From NCBI GenBank assembly GCA_029907165.1, contig JARYMK010000001.1:6661-70660 (forward strand): a DNA stretch of 64,000 nt, in the 5' to 3' direction. The position numbers were made by a program, and so were the translations under genes. Position 1 is the stretch's first letter, and every line of letters starts with the position of its first letter. The notes beneath the pieces are model-generated. The model was given only the letters and a program-made list of their open reading frames with translations, was not told where the DNA came from and did no database searches. The DNA comes from Anaerolineae bacterium. GTDB taxonomy: Bacteria > Chloroflexota > Anaerolineae > DTLA01. Of the stretch, positions 1-10,036 are shown one piece after another.

Positions 1-1076
1 CCGAATACCGCCTGCCGCGCGACATCCTGAACATTGAGATTGAGAACATCAAGCGGGCCGGGGTGGAGATTCGCCTGAACCAGGAAATGGGCCGCGACTT
101 CACCATGGATGACCTGATGAACGGCATGGGCTACAGCGCCGTCGTGCTGGCCATCGGCACGCACAAGAGCCGCAAACTGGGCATCCCGAACGAGGACCTG
201 CCCGGCGTTTACCACGGCGTGAACTTCCTAAAGGATGTGGCCCTGGGCAAGAAGCCGGACATCAAGGGCAAGCGCGTGGCTGTTGTGGGCGGCGGTGCGG
301 TCGCCGTGGACGCAGCGCGGACGGCCCTGCGGCTTGGCGCCAGCAAGGTGCACATCATCTACCGCCGCACGCGGAGCGAGATGCCGGCCTGGGAAGAGGA
401 AGTCCACGCCGCGGCGCTGGAAGGCATCCAGTTCCACTTCCTGACCAACCCGGTGGAAGTGATTGGAACCGATCACGTAACTGGCGTGAAACTCCAGGCC
501 CAGAAGTTGGGCGAGTTTGACGCCAGCGGCCGCCGCAAGCCCGTTCCGATTGAGGGGTCCGAGTTCGTGCTGGACGTGGACCTGCTGATTCCGGCCATCG
601 GGCAGGCGCTGGCGGTGGAGTGCCTGGACTCCTGCGGCGACATCAGTTTCAACCGCGACGGCACCATCACCGTCGGGCCAGACCTGGCGACGACCCGCGA
701 GGGTGTCTTCGCCGCGGGCGATGCGGCCCTAGGGCCCGCCACCGTCGTGGAAGCCGTGGCCCAGGGCAACAAGGTGGCCGTGGCCGTGGATGCGTACCTC
801 AAGGGCCAGAAGGTGGAGCGGCCCAAGTACGTAACCCGGTACCACGAGGTGCTGCAGGTGTTCAACATGGACGACTACGCCGACGCCAAGCGACCTCAGA
901 TGCCCGAATTGCCCGTTGAGCAGCGCATTTGCTGCTTTGACGAAGTGGAACTCGGGTTTGACGAAAAGACGGCCCGCGAAGAGTGCAAGCGTTGCCTGCG
1001 CTGCGACCTAGAATGGGTAGAGACCATGGGTGTGGAAGCGGTTACGCAGGCGGACAAAGACGCGGTCGTGATCTAG
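1..1076 (+). CDS. GltD-like (glutamate synthase small-chain family) NAD(P)H-binding FAD oxidoreductase; putative diaphorase subunit of the adjacent hydrogenase. The 5' end lies outside the window.
   Basis: The frame is open from nt 3 with no upstream stop. The translation matches the central and C-terminal part of GltD/NfnB-type proteins (GYSAVVLAIGTHKSRKLGIPNEDLPGVYHGVNFL, VAVVGGGAVAVDAARTALRLGA). A C-terminal CKRCLRCD Cys cluster is present. Confidence 0.75.
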   Translation, partial: EYRLPRDILNIEIENIKRAGVEIRLNQEMGRDFTMDDLMNGMGYSAVVLAIGTHKSRKLGIPNEDLPGVYHGVNFLKDVALGKKPDIKGKRVAVVGGGAVAVDAARTALRLGASKVHIIYRRTRSEMPAWEEEVHAAALEGIQFHFLTNPVEVIGTDHVTGVKLQAQKLGEFDASGRRKPVPIEGSEFVLDVDLLIPAIGQALAVECLDSCGDISFNRDGTITVGPDLATTREGVFAAGDAALGPATVVEAVAQGNKVAVAVDAYLKGQKVERPKYVTRYHEVLQVFNMDDYADAKRPQMPELPVEQRICCFDEVELGFDEKTAREECKRCLRCDLEWVETMGVEAVTQADKDAVVI

Positions 1077-1123
1077 CGCGGGCGCGATTCTACGCAACCA
1101 ACGGAAAGGAGGCGACTTGCCCG

Positions 1124-2839
1124 ATGGCAACCGTCAACATTAAAATCAACGGACAACAGATTCAGGCGCGGGCGGGGGTCACGCTTTTGGAGGCGGCGAA
1201 AGAGGCAGGAATTGACATCCCCACCCTGTGCCACCACCCTGCCCTTGCCAACATCGGCGCGTGCCGCGTTTGCCTGGTGGAAGTGGCGAAGCAGCGCACA
1301 CTCCAACCCGCCTGCACCTTCCCCATCTCCGAGGGGATGGAAGTGGAGACCGAGTCCCCCAAGGCGGTGGAGGCGCGCAAGTTCGTCCTGGAGATGCTCT
1401 TCTCCGAACGCAACCACTACTGCATGTACTGCGAGATGAGCGGCGACTGCGAACTCCAGGCGCTGGCGTACCGCTACGGCCTGGACCACTGGACCTATCC
1501 CTCGCCGCACGCCAAGATGACGGTGGACGGCACGCGCAAGTACTTCATCATGGATCACAACCGCTGTATCCTGTGCCGGCGCTGCATCCGGGCGTGCTCG
1601 GACCTGGTGGCGAACCACACCCTGGGCGTGCGCTTCCGCGGCGCCAAGACCATGATCAGCGCCGACATGGACGTGCCCTTCGGTGACTCCACGTGCGTGT
1701 CGTGCGGCACCTGCCTGCAGGTCTGCCCCACGGGCGCGCTGGTGGATCGCAAGAGCGCCTACATGGGCCGCGAGGTGCACGTAGAACGCACGGCCAGCGC
1801 GTGCACGTTCTGCGCGGTGGGGTGCGGGACCAGCATCGTTACCCGCGCCGGGCATGTCCTGCGCGTGGAGGGCGACTGGGACGCGCCCAACCAGGGCGTG
1901 TTGTGCGTGGCGGGGCGGTTTGAGCCCCTCTACGACCGCCGCGAGCGGATCACCTCGCCCATGTTGCGCAAGGGCAACGGCCTTGTGCCCGTCTCCTGGG
2001 ATGAGGCGCTGGGTGCCATCGCCGCCAAGGCGAAGGGCAACAGCGGCAAGAAGGCCGCCGCATACGTTACCGGCAAGGCCCTCAACGACACGCTGGGCGA
2101 GTTCCTGAGGGTGTTCCAGGGGAAGATGCAGGCTACCGTTGGAACTGTGGAGCCGACGCTGGCGGACCTGGACCTGCCGGTGGGCGGCTCGCTGGCCGAC
2201 GTGGACGCGGCCGACTGCATCCTGGTGGCAGGCGGCGATCCGCTGGCCACGCACCGCGTGCTGGGCTACCGCGTCAAGCGCGCCCTGGACAAAGGCGCGC
2301 GGCTGCTGGTGGTTACCGACAAGCCCAATGGGATGCTCCCCTTCGCGCACCGGAAGTTCGGCATGGCCCAGTTGGACGAGGCCGTGAAGGTCTGCCAGGG
2401 CAGTGCCGCGCCGGTGGTCATCTACGGCGGTGACCTGGACAAGGCCAGCGCCCGGAAACTGGCCGCGTTGGCGGGCAAGGCCCGTTTCATCTCGCTGTTC
2501 CCCGCGAGCAACGGGTACCGAGCCAGGGAACTGGGCCTGACGAACGGCTTCAGCGCCAACGGTGTCAAGGTGCTCTACCTGCTGTTGGGCGACGAAGAAC
2601 TGCCCGACGAGGCCGTGAAGGAAGCGCGGCGCGCACCGTTCCTTGTGGTTCACGCGGCCTACAAGTCCGCGGCCACCGATGTGGCCGATGTGGTGCTGCC
2701 GGCGCCGCTGTGGTACGAGCAGGAGGGGAGTTTCACCGCGCTGGACGGCAGGAAAGTCGTCGTCAAGCCGGCGGTCGCCGCGCCCGAGGGTGTGCTTGCC
2801 GAGGCCGCTGTCCTTGCCCGGCTGGCAGAGAGCCTGTAG
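1124..2839 (+). CDS. hoxU: HoxU/NuoG-like iron-sulfur subunit: N-terminal 2Fe-2S ferredoxin, 4Fe-4S clusters, and a NuoG/molybdopterin-oxidoreductase-like domain.
   Basis: ATG at 1124 follows the RBS AAAGGAGG. The N-terminus MATVNIKINGQQIQARAGVTLLEAAKEAGIDIPTLCHH…CRVCLVEV is a plant-type 2Fe-2S motif. CxxCxxC…CP 4Fe-4S motifs and a C-x2-C-x3-C-x27-C NuoG-like motif (CTFCAVGCGTS) follow. The gene sits directly upstream of the hydrogenase small and large subunits. Confidence 0.75.
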   Translation: MATVNIKINGQQIQARAGVTLLEAAKEAGIDIPTLCHHPALANIGACRVCLVEVAKQRTLQPACTFPISEGMEVETESPKAVEARKFVLEMLFSERNHYCMYCEMSGDCELQALAYRYGLDHWTYPSPHAKMTVDGTRKYFIMDHNRCILCRRCIRACSDLVANHTLGVRFRGAKTMISADMDVPFGDSTCVSCGTCLQVCPTGALVDRKSAYMGREVHVERTASACTFCAVGCGTSIVTRAGHVLRVEGDWDAPNQGVLCVAGRFEPLYDRRERITSPMLRKGNGLVPVSWDEALGAIAAKAKGNSGKKAAAYVTGKALNDTLGEFLRVFQGKMQATVGTVEPTLADLDLPVGGSLADVDAADCILVAGGDPLATHRVLGYRVKRALDKGARLLVVTDKPNGMLPFAHRKFGMAQLDEAVKVCQGSAAPVVIYGGDLDKASARKLAALAGKARFISLFPASNGYRARELGLTNGFSANGVKVLYLLLGDEELPDEAVKEARRAPFLVVHAAYKSAATDVADVVLPAPLWYEQEGSFTALDGRKVVVKPAVAAPEGVLAEAAVLARLAESL

Positions 2840-2873
2840 CAGCCGTGTAACGAGGATAAAAGGAGGATAATCC

Positions 2874-3413
2874 ATGGCGAAAGTCAAGGTTGCAACAGAT
2901 TGGCTGGCCGCGTGCGCAGGGTGCCACATGTCCGTGCTGGACATGGATGAGCGGCTCGTCCAACTGCTGGACAAGATAGAACTCACGTCCACGCCCATCA
3001 CCGACCTGAAGCACCCGCCCAAGGAGGGCGTTACCGTCGGCATTCTCACGGGCGCCATTTCCAACACCACCAACATAGAAGTCGCCAAGCAGATGCGCGA
3101 GCGGTGTCAGATTCTCATCGCGCTGGGCGACTGCGCGGTGTTCGGCGGCATCGTAACCATGCGGAATTTCTTTGACATGAACGAGGCCCTGAAACGCGCC
3201 TATGTGGAGACCGAAGGCACCGTGGATGGCCAAATCCCCTGCTCGGAGGAACTGGGGAGGCCGGTGCGGGTGTGCGCGGTCAACAACATCGTCAAGGTGG
3301 ACATCCACATCCCTGGCTGCCCGCCGTCGCCGGACGCCATCTACTACGCCCTGTCGGAGTTGCTGGAGGGCCGGATACCCGTCCTGACCGGCGACAACCT
3401 GAAGTATGACTGA
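2874..3413 (+). CDS. hoxY: [NiFe] hydrogenase small (delta) subunit, group 3 (HoxY/HydD-like).
   Basis: RBS AAAGGAGG precedes ATG 2874. MAKVKVATDWLAACAGCHMSVLDMDE…GDCAVFGG…HIPGCPP carries the proximal 4Fe-4S cluster Cys pattern of soluble NiFe hydrogenase small subunits. Confidence 0.85.
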   Translation: MAKVKVATDWLAACAGCHMSVLDMDERLVQLLDKIELTSTPITDLKHPPKEGVTVGILTGAISNTTNIEVAKQMRERCQILIALGDCAVFGGIVTMRNFFDMNEALKRAYVETEGTVDGQIPCSEELGRPVRVCAVNNIVKVDIHIPGCPPSPDAIYYALSELLEGRIPVLTGDNLKYD

Positions 3414-3463
3414 CCGTCATGCTCGCCAGGTCCAGGATTTGACCCTAGACAAGGAGCGCAACC

Positions 3464-4885
3464 ATGCAAAAGATCACGATAGAACCCGTAACGCGAATTG
3501 AGGGCCACGCTAAGGTTACCATCCACCTGAACGACCAGGGCAAGGTGGAGCGGGCCTTCTTCCACGTGAACGAGTGGCGTGGGTTTGAGAAGTTCAGCGA
3601 GGGGCGGCCCTTCTTTGAGATGACGCAGATTACCCCGCGCATCTGTGGCATCTGCCCGGTCAGCCACCACTTGGCGTCGGCCAAGGCGTGCGACCGCGTT
3701 GCCGGTGTCGAGCCACCCAGGACGGCCAAACTCCTGCGCGAACTGATGCACATGGGCCAGTTCATTCAGTCCCACTCCATGCACTTCTTTGAACTGGCGG
3801 GGCCGGACCTCCTGCTGGGGTTTGACGCGGACCCCGCCATCCGCAACGTGGTGGGCATCGTCCAGGCGAACCCCGAACTGGCGCTGAAGGCGGTGCGTCT
3901 GCGCGGCTTTGGCCAGGACATCATCAAGCGTCTGGGCGGCAAGCGCGTGCACCCGGTCTTCGCCGTCCCGGGCGGCGTCAACGCGCCCCTGTCCGTCAAG
4001 GACCGCGACGCTATCCTGAGCCAGTTGGACGAGATGACCGAGGTCATCAAGACCGGCATCGCCATCGGCAAGCAGTGGTATGAGGCCAACCTGGACCTCG
4101 TCAACCAGTTCGCTGTGTTCTCGTCAGGCTATATGGGGCTGGTGGACGAGGAGGGCGGCCTGCAACTATACGACGGCAAGGTGCGACTGGTGGACAAGGA
4201 CGGCCGCAAACTGGAGGAGTTTGACGCCCAGGACTACCTGACGTACATCGGTGAGCACGTGGAAGATTGGTCGTACCTGAAGTTCCCCTTCTACCGCAAG
4301 ATGGGTTGGCCCAACGGCACCTACCGCGTTGGCCCGCTGGGGCGCCTGAACGCCGCCACCAAGATCAACACGCCCATGGCCAACGAGGAGTTCAAGAACT
4401 GGAAGTCCATCAACGGCGGCAAGCCGGTAGAAGGCACGCTCTGGTTCCACTACGCCCGCCTGATAGAAGACCTGTATACCATTGAGCGCGTCCGCGAGAT
4501 TCTGGAGGACCCCGACATCCTGTCCACGGACATCGTCGCGAATTCCACGGGGTTCGTGGGCCAGGGCGTCGGGTGCGTAGAGGCTCCGCGCGGCACGCTG
4601 TTCCACCACTACCAGACCGACGCCAACGGCATGTTGACCAAGGTCAACCTCATCGTCGCCACCGGCCACAACAACTGGGCGATGAGCAAATCGGTGGAAA
4701 TGGTGGCCAAAGCCTTCGTAGAGGGCACCAAGTTGACCGAAGGCATGCTCAACCGCGTGGAGGCGGCCATCCGCGCCCACGACCCGTGCCTGTCCTGCTC
4801 CACCCACGCCGTCGGGGCCATGCCCATCGTGATTGAGATGTACGGCCCGGATGGTGCACTGGTGCACTGCCTGACGCGCGACTAG
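3464..4885 (+). CDS. hoxH: [NiFe] hydrogenase large (catalytic) subunit, group 3 (HoxH/HydA-like).
   Basis: The N-terminal RIEGH and [10 protein letters not shown] motif (L1/L2) and the C-terminal [10 protein letters not shown] Ni-binding motif are present. Length is 473 aa and the RBS AAGGAG precedes the start. Confidence 0.9.
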   Translation: MQKITIEPVTRIEGHAKVTIHLNDQGKVERAFFHVNEWRGFEKFSEGRPFFEMTQITPRICGICPVSHHLASAKACDRVAGVEPPRTAKLLRELMHMGQFIQSHSMHFFELAGPDLLLGFDADPAIRNVVGIVQANPELALKAVRLRGFGQDIIKRLGGKRVHPVFAVPGGVNAPLSVKDRDAILSQLDEMTEVIKTGIAIGKQWYEANLDLVNQFAVFSSGYMGLVDEEGGLQLYDGKVRLVDKDGRKLEEFDAQDYLTYIGEHVEDWSYLKFPFYRKMGWPNGTYRVGPLGRLNAATKINTPMANEEFKNWKSINGGKPVEGTLWFHYARLIEDLYTIERVREILEDPDILSTDIVANSTGFVGQGVGCVEAPRGTLFHHYQTDANGMLTKVNLIVATGHNNWAMSKSVEMVAKAFVEGTKLTEGMLNRVEAAIRAHDPCLSCSTHAVGAMPIVIEMYGPDGALVHCLTRD

Positions 4886-4906
4886 ACGGGTAACCGAGGA
4901 ATCCCG

Positions 4907-4948
4907 CAGACCTCCGAGGGTCTTCCTGACCTCGGAGGTCTGCTTTTG
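4907..4948 (+). terminator. Rho-independent terminator after hoxH.
   Basis: A perfect 13-bp inverted repeat CAGACCTCCGAGG…CCTCGGAGGTCTG is followed by CTTTTG. Confidence 0.7.
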
Positions 4949-5029
4949 ACGCCCTTGCCCCGTCGGATACAATAACGTTCAACCGCAAAGACGCGCCAGG
5001 ACGGTCACGGGCGCGCTGGGACTAGACAA

Positions 5030-5515
5030 ATGAGACGGACCCTGGTCATCGGATACGGGAACCCCTACCGCCGCGACGATGGCGTGGCGTTGCACGTCGC
5101 CAACTTCCTGCGGGCCACGCAGGGGCTGCGACCTCTGGCCCTGGACGAAGACGGCCTGGACGATTGCGGCCATCCCCTGGACACGGTGGTGCTGCACCAG
5201 TTGCTGCCCGAAATCGCCCCCATGCTGGCCGACTACGACCTGGTCGTGTTCGTGGATGCCCATACCGGCGTGATACCGGATGACGTCCGCGTACTTCCCG
5301 TGCAGGAGGAGTACGGCTTCCAGGCGGTTACCCATCACATGAGCCCGGGCATGATGCTGGCGCTGGCCCGTGCGGCGCGGGGCCGTGCACCGGAGGCCGT
5401 GCTGGTCTCCATCCGGGGCGAGGATTTTGACTTCGGCGACGGGCTGTCGGCGGGGTGCAAGGCCCGCGCGGAGACGGCCGTCCGTGCCATCTTGGACATG
5501 GCCTGCAGGGAGTAG
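5030..5515 (+). CDS. hoxW: Hydrogenase maturation endopeptidase (HoxW/HycI/HybD family).
   Basis: The N-terminus MRRTLVIGYGNPYRRDDGVALHV is the GxGNxxxxDDGxG signature of hydrogenase C-terminal processing proteases. It sits adjacent to hoxH and the hyp genes. Confidence 0.8.
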   Translation: MRRTLVIGYGNPYRRDDGVALHVANFLRATQGLRPLALDEDGLDDCGHPLDTVVLHQLLPEIAPMLADYDLVVFVDAHTGVIPDDVRVLPVQEEYGFQAVTHHMSPGMMLALARAARGRAPEAVLVSIRGEDFDFGDGLSAGCKARAETAVRAILDMACRE

Positions 5516-5521
5516 GTCGCC

Positions 5522-5863
5522 GTGCACGAACTCCCCGTTACCGAGCAAATCCTCAAGGTTGTGCTGGATCACGCGCGCAAGGCGGAGGCGCACCGCGTCG
5601 TGCACGTCAATCTCGTCATCGGCGACCTGACCACGTTCGTGGACGAGAGCATCCAGTTCTACTTTGATTTCCTGTCGCGCGGGACCGAGGCGGAGGGGGC
5701 GGCTCTGCACATCCGCCGTATTCCGGCGCGCGTGCGGTGTCATGCCTGCGGCGGTGAGTTCGCGCCCGACGGAGTGGACTGGCGCTGTCCCCATTGCGGC
5801 GGCCTGGGCGGGGAAGTTCTCGCCGGCCGTGAGTCGTACATAGAGAGCATTGAGGTGGAATAG
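5522..5863 (+). CDS. hypA: Hydrogenase nickel insertion protein HypA.
   Basis: GTG start. MHELPVTEQIL…CHACGGEF…CPHCGG is the HypA MHE motif plus the CxxC…CxxC zinc site. The protein is 113 aa. Confidence 0.85.
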   Translation: MHELPVTEQILKVVLDHARKAEAHRVVHVNLVIGDLTTFVDESIQFYFDFLSRGTEAEGAALHIRRIPARVRCHACGGEFAPDGVDWRCPHCGGLGGEVLAGRESYIESIEVE

Positions 5864-5867
5864 CCCC

Positions 5868-6533
5868 ATGAGGAAAGTGGAAGTCGTAACCGACATCATG
5901 AGCGCCAACGACCAGATTGCCCAGGAGAACGCGGCGGCGCTGCAATCTCACCGCATCCTCGCGGTGAACCTGATGGCATCGCCCGGGGCCGGCAAGACCA
6001 GCCTCATCCTGCAGACTGCGCGGGCGCTGGACGGCCGCCTGCGCCTGGGCGTGATTGAGGGCGACGTGGCCTCGCGCATTGACGCGGACAAGGTGGCCGC
6101 CGCGGGGATTCCCGTGGTGCAGATCAACACCGGCGGCGCGTGCCACCTGGACGCGCCCATGATCCGCCAGGCGCTCCGTGCGCTCCCGCTGGACGAGATA
6201 GACGTGCTCATCGTGGAGAATGTCGGCAACCTCATCTGCCCGGTGGAGTTCCGCTTGGGCGAGACGCTGCGCGTCATGATCGCCAGCGTGCCCGAAGGCC
6301 ACGACAAGCCCTACAAGTACCCGGGCATCTTCACGGCGGTGGAGGCCGTCGTCATCAACAAGATGGATTTGGCGCCCTACGTGGATTTTGACCTGGACGC
6401 GCTGCGCGAGGCCATACGGGGCATGAACCCCCGCGCCGAAATCTTTGAGGTCTCCTGCCGCACGGGCGAAGGCATTGACCGATGGGCCGACTGGCTCTGG
6501 ACCCAGTGGCAGGCGCACAGGTCGGCGAAGTAG
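5868..6533 (+). CDS. hypB: Hydrogenase nickel-incorporation GTPase HypB.
   Basis: The ATG follows the hypA stop. The P-loop GSPGAGKTSL, the CH motif (GGACHLDA) and ENVGNLICP are present. An alternative TTG start lies at 5850. Confidence 0.85.
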   Translation: MRKVEVVTDIMSANDQIAQENAAALQSHRILAVNLMASPGAGKTSLILQTARALDGRLRLGVIEGDVASRIDADKVAAAGIPVVQINTGGACHLDAPMIRQALRALPLDEIDVLIVENVGNLICPVEFRLGETLRVMIASVPEGHDKPYKYPGIFTAVEAVVINKMDLAPYVDFDLDALREAIRGMNPRAEIFEVSCRTGEGIDRWADWLWTQWQAHRSAK

Positions 6534-6554
6534 GGGGAGAAGGCGGTCCCGGAC

Positions 6555-8942
6555 ATGGCCTCGGTTGTCGCCAATCGGTTCAAGGTAACTGGCGTTGTGC
6601 AAGGGGTGGGCTTTCGCCCGTTCGTGTACGGCCTGGCCACGGGGCTGGGCCTGCGCGGTTGGGTCATCAACACGTCGTCGGGCGTGGTGATTGAGGCGGA
6701 AGGCTCGCCCAAGGCCCTGGATGTCTTCGCGCGCGACCTGGTGGCGAAGGCCCCACCCGTGGCGCGCATAGAGACCGTGCAGCGGGAGGAGATTCCGCCC
6801 AACGGCTGGGAGCGGTTTGAAATCCGCGAGAGCCGGGCCGAGGCTGGGTATGTGCTCATCTCGCCGGACATCGCCACCTGCCCCGAATGCCTGCGCGAAC
6901 TGTTTGACCCCAACGACCGCCGCTACCGCTATCCGTTCATCAACTGCACCAACTGCGGGCCGCGCTTCACCATCATCGCCGACGTGCCCTACGACCGGCC
7001 CCTGACCACCATGGCCGCGTTCCAAATGTGCCCGGAATGCCAGGCCGAGTACGACGACCCGCTGGACCGCCGATTCCATGCCCAGCCCAACGCCTGCCCC
7101 GTGTGCGGGCCGCGGGTGTGGCTTGCGCCCGCGTCGGCGGAGGATGGCGAGGCGCTGACGCCGCCCGCAGGCGACCCGGCCAGCGCCGAGGTAATCGCCG
7201 AGGCCGCGCGCTTGCTTCGGGAAGGCGCCATCCTCGCCATCAAGGGCTTGGGCGGGTTCCACCTGGCCTGCGACGCGACCAACCCCGACGCGGTGCGCAC
7301 GCTGCGGGAACGCAAGCGCCGTCCGGCGAAGCCCCTGGCGGTGATGATGTCCTCGCTGGACGAGGTCCGCCAGCACTGCGAGATCACGCCCGACGAGCAG
7401 GCGCTCCTCACCTCGCGCCAGTGCCCCATCGTACTCCTGGAGTGGAAGCGCGACTCCACGGTTGTGGAGGAGGTGGCGCCGTGCAACCGCTACCTGGGCG
7501 TGATGCTCCCCTACACGCCACTGCACCACATCCTGCTGCGCGACGCCGGGCGGCCGCTGGTGATGACGAGCGGCAACCTGTCGGAGGAGCCCATCGCGCA
7601 GGACAACGAGGAGGCCTGGCGTCGGCTGCGCAACCTGGCCGATTGGTTTCTGCTCCACAACCGGGCCATCTACGCCCGCTACGATGACAGCGTCTGGTTT
7701 GTGCCGCGCGTCCCCGACGGCAAGGGAAGCGCCCAGTCGGTGCCCCAGCCGCTGCGCCGCTCGCGGGGCTACGCGCCGTACCCCGTGCGCCTGCCCTTCC
7801 ACGCCCGCACGGTGCTTGCCGCCGGCCCGGAACTCAAGAACACCTTCTGCATCACCCGCGATGAGCACGCCTTCGTCAGTCCCCACATCGGCGACATGGA
7901 GAACCTGGAGACGCTGGAGCACTACGAGACGGCGATGGGCCTCTACGAGCGGCTGTTCCGCCTGCGGCCCGAGGCGATTGTGCACGACTTGCATCCCGAC
8001 TACCTGGCGACGCGCTACGCCCACGAGCGGGCCGAGCGGGAGTGCCTGCCCCTTGTCGGCGTGCAGCACCACCACGCCCACATTGCAGCATGCATGGTGG
8101 ACAACGGCATCACCGAGCCGGTCATCGGCGTGGCCCTGGACGGCACAGGGTACGGCCTGGATGGGCGCATCTGGGGCGGCGAGTGGCTCGTCGCCGACCT
8201 GCGCGGGTTCCGCCGCGCCGCGTGGCTGGAGCCGCTCCCGCTCCCTGGCGGCGACGCGGGCATCCGCAACCCGTGCCGCATCGCCTACGCCTATCTCCGC
8301 GCGCTGTTCGGCGAAGTCCCTGCGCTGCCCTTCCTGGCGCAGATGGACGAAGCCGAAATCGCCGCCGTGCAGCGGCAGGTGGCGCGCGGGCTGAACACCG
8401 TTCTGACCACATCCTGCGGCCGCCTGTTTGACGCCGTAGCAGCGATGGCGGGAGGGCGGGGCCGCGTTACCTATGAGGCGCAGGCGGCCATTGAGATGGA
8501 GATGGCGTCGCAGGCTGACGAGAGCGAGTCCTACGGGTACTTCTTCCGCTGGGCAGAACCGCTCTCGTGGGGGAACACGGATGCCCTGCCCCCGCTGGCC
8601 TGTGCCTTTGAAGTCGCCCTAAAGCCGCTGCTGGCGGGCGTGGTGCGCGATGTCCAGGCCGGGCGAACGCTGGGCCAGGTGGGTGGGCGCTTCCACCACA
8701 CGCTGGCGAACATGATCGCCGACCTGTGCTGCATGATCGCGCAGGGCACCGGCCTCACGACGGTGGCCCTGTCGGGCGGCTGCTTCCAGAACCGCCTGTT
8801 GCTGGAACAGTCGGTGGGCGAACTCCGACGGCGCGGGCTGCGCGTGCTGTTGCATTACCAGGTTCCGGCCAACGACGGCGGCGTGTCGCTGGGCCAGGCG
8901 GCCATTGGCCACTTCGCCCTTGAGGAGGGGCGGGCGCGATGA
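6555..8942 (+). CDS. hypF: Carbamoyltransferase HypF.
   Basis: The N-terminal acylphosphatase domain (FKVTGVVQGVGFRPFVY), two Zn-finger motifs (CPECLRE…CTNCGPRF; CPECQAEY…CPVCGPR), a YrdC domain and a Kae1-like domain are present. Length is 795 aa. Confidence 0.9.
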   Translation: MASVVANRFKVTGVVQGVGFRPFVYGLATGLGLRGWVINTSSGVVIEAEGSPKALDVFARDLVAKAPPVARIETVQREEIPPNGWERFEIRESRAEAGYVLISPDIATCPECLRELFDPNDRRYRYPFINCTNCGPRFTIIADVPYDRPLTTMAAFQMCPECQAEYDDPLDRRFHAQPNACPVCGPRVWLAPASAEDGEALTPPAGDPASAEVIAEAARLLREGAILAIKGLGGFHLACDATNPDAVRTLRERKRRPAKPLAVMMSSLDEVRQHCEITPDEQALLTSRQCPIVLLEWKRDSTVVEEVAPCNRYLGVMLPYTPLHHILLRDAGRPLVMTSGNLSEEPIAQDNEEAWRRLRNLADWFLLHNRAIYARYDDSVWFVPRVPDGKGSAQSVPQPLRRSRGYAPYPVRLPFHARTVLAAGPELKNTFCITRDEHAFVSPHIGDMENLETLEHYETAMGLYERLFRLRPEAIVHDLHPDYLATRYAHERAERECLPLVGVQHHHAHIAACMVDNGITEPVIGVALDGTGYGLDGRIWGGEWLVADLRGFRRAAWLEPLPLPGGDAGIRNPCRIAYAYLRALFGEVPALPFLAQMDEAEIAAVQRQVARGLNTVLTTSCGRLFDAVAAMAGGRGRVTYEAQAAIEMEMASQADESESYGYFFRWAEPLSWGNTDALPPLACAFEVALKPLLAGVVRDVQAGRTLGQVGGRFHHTLANMIADLCCMIAQGTGLTTVALSGGCFQNRLLLEQSVGELRRRGLRVLLHYQVPANDGGVSLGQAAIGHFALEEGRAR

Positions 8943-10036
8943 AGTTCATAGACGAGTTTCGCGACCCCCGACTGGCCCGCTCGCTGGTAGAGCACATCCG
9001 CCAGCGCGCGCACAAACCCATGCGGCTGATGGAGTTCTGCGGCGGACATACCCACGCTATCCTACGGTTCGGCATCCGGCAGGCATTGCCGCCGACGGTG
9101 GAGATGCTGTCGGGGCCGGGGTGTCCGGTGTGCGTTACCGCCGCCGCAGACCTGGACCGGGCCATCGCCATGGCGGGCGTGCCGGGCGTCATCCTGGCCA
9201 CCTTCGGCGATATGATCCGCGTTCCCGGCAGCCGCGAGAGCCTGCAGCAGGCCAAAGCGCGGGGCGCTGACGTCCGCATCGTGTACTCGCCGCTGGACGC
9301 CGTGCGCCTGGCGGAACAGGAACCGGCCCGGCCGGTGGTCTTCCTGGGCGTGGGGTTTGAGACAACGGCTCCGGGCGTGGCCGCTTCCATCCTGGATGCC
9401 CATGCGCGCGGGATTGAGAACTACTACGTGCTTTGCCTGCACAAACTCACGCCACCCGCCACCCGCGCCATCCTGGATTCGGGCGAGGTCAACCTGTCGG
9501 GAATCCTGGGGCCGGGGCATGTTACCACCATCATCGGGACGAAGGCGTGGGAGTTCCTGCCGCACGAGTACGGCGTGCCCATCGCCGTCGCGGGGTTTGA
9601 GCCGCTGGACATCCTGCGGGGCATCTCCCTGCTCGTGGAGCGGATTGCAGGGGGCGAGGCGCGCGTGGACAACGCCTACTCCCGCAGCGTGCTGCCCGAA
9701 GGCAATCGCGCCGCACAGGACATGATGAACCGTGTGTTTGAGGTGGCCGACGCCGAGTGGCGCGGGCTAGGGACGATCCCGGCCAGCGGCCTGCGCATAC
9801 GGCTGGAGTTCCAGGTCCACGATGCCGCCCTTGCATTTCCGGTGGACGTGCCGCCGTCGCGCGAACCCCCTGGCTGCCGCTGCGGAGACGTCTTGCGGGG
9901 CGTCCTGGCTCCGCCTTCGTGCCCATTGTTCGGCAAAGCGTGTACGCCGGAGCACCCCGTTGGCCCGTGCATGGTGTCGGCCGAGGGGGCCTGCGCCGCC
10001 TACTATCAGTTTGGAGATGCGGGACATGAAGGATGA
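8939..10036 (+). CDS. hypD: Hydrogenase maturation factor HypD.
   Basis: The ATGA overlap with hypF indicates translational coupling. The motifs CGGHTH, GPGCPVCV and GFETT are present. Confidence 0.9.
   Translation: MKFIDEFRDPRLARSLVEHIRQRAHKPMRLMEFCGGHTHAILRFGIRQALPPTVEMLSGPGCPVCVTAAADLDRAIAMAGVPGVILATFGDMIRVPGSRESLQQAKARGADVRIVYSPLDAVRLAEQEPARPVVFLGVGFETTAPGVAASILDAHARGIENYYVLCLHKLTPPATRAILDSGEVNLSGILGPGHVTTIIGTKAWEFLPHEYGVPIAVAGFEPLDILRGISLLVERIAGGEARVDNAYSRSVLPEGNRAAQDMMNRVFEVADAEWRGLGTIPASGLRIRLEFQVHDAALAFPVDVPPSREPPGCRCGDVLRGVLAPPSCPLFGKACTPEHPVGPCMVSAEGACAAYYQFGDAGHEG

Noticed and set aside
1073-3088. Long antisense ORF (671 aa, minus strand) overlapping hoxU and hoxY. Similar long antisense ORFs overlap other genes (5616-8081, 9531-11165, 11601-13871, 22173-24743, 25041-27293, 36099-37901, 38322-40172, 47906-50014, 54177-56762, 61180-61968).
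   Set aside because: They lie entirely opposite confidently recognised, motif-bearing genes. Their translations are low-complexity, Arg/Ala/Gly-rich, with no domain signatures. They are a typical artefact of stop-codon-poor antisense frames in high-GC DNA.
3464-4885. Possibility that the hydrogenase large subunit is a [NiFeSe] enzyme, given that Sec is used in fdhA.
   Set aside because: The C-terminal Ni-binding motif is DPCLSCSTH with ordinary Cys codons. There is no in-frame TGA in hoxH.
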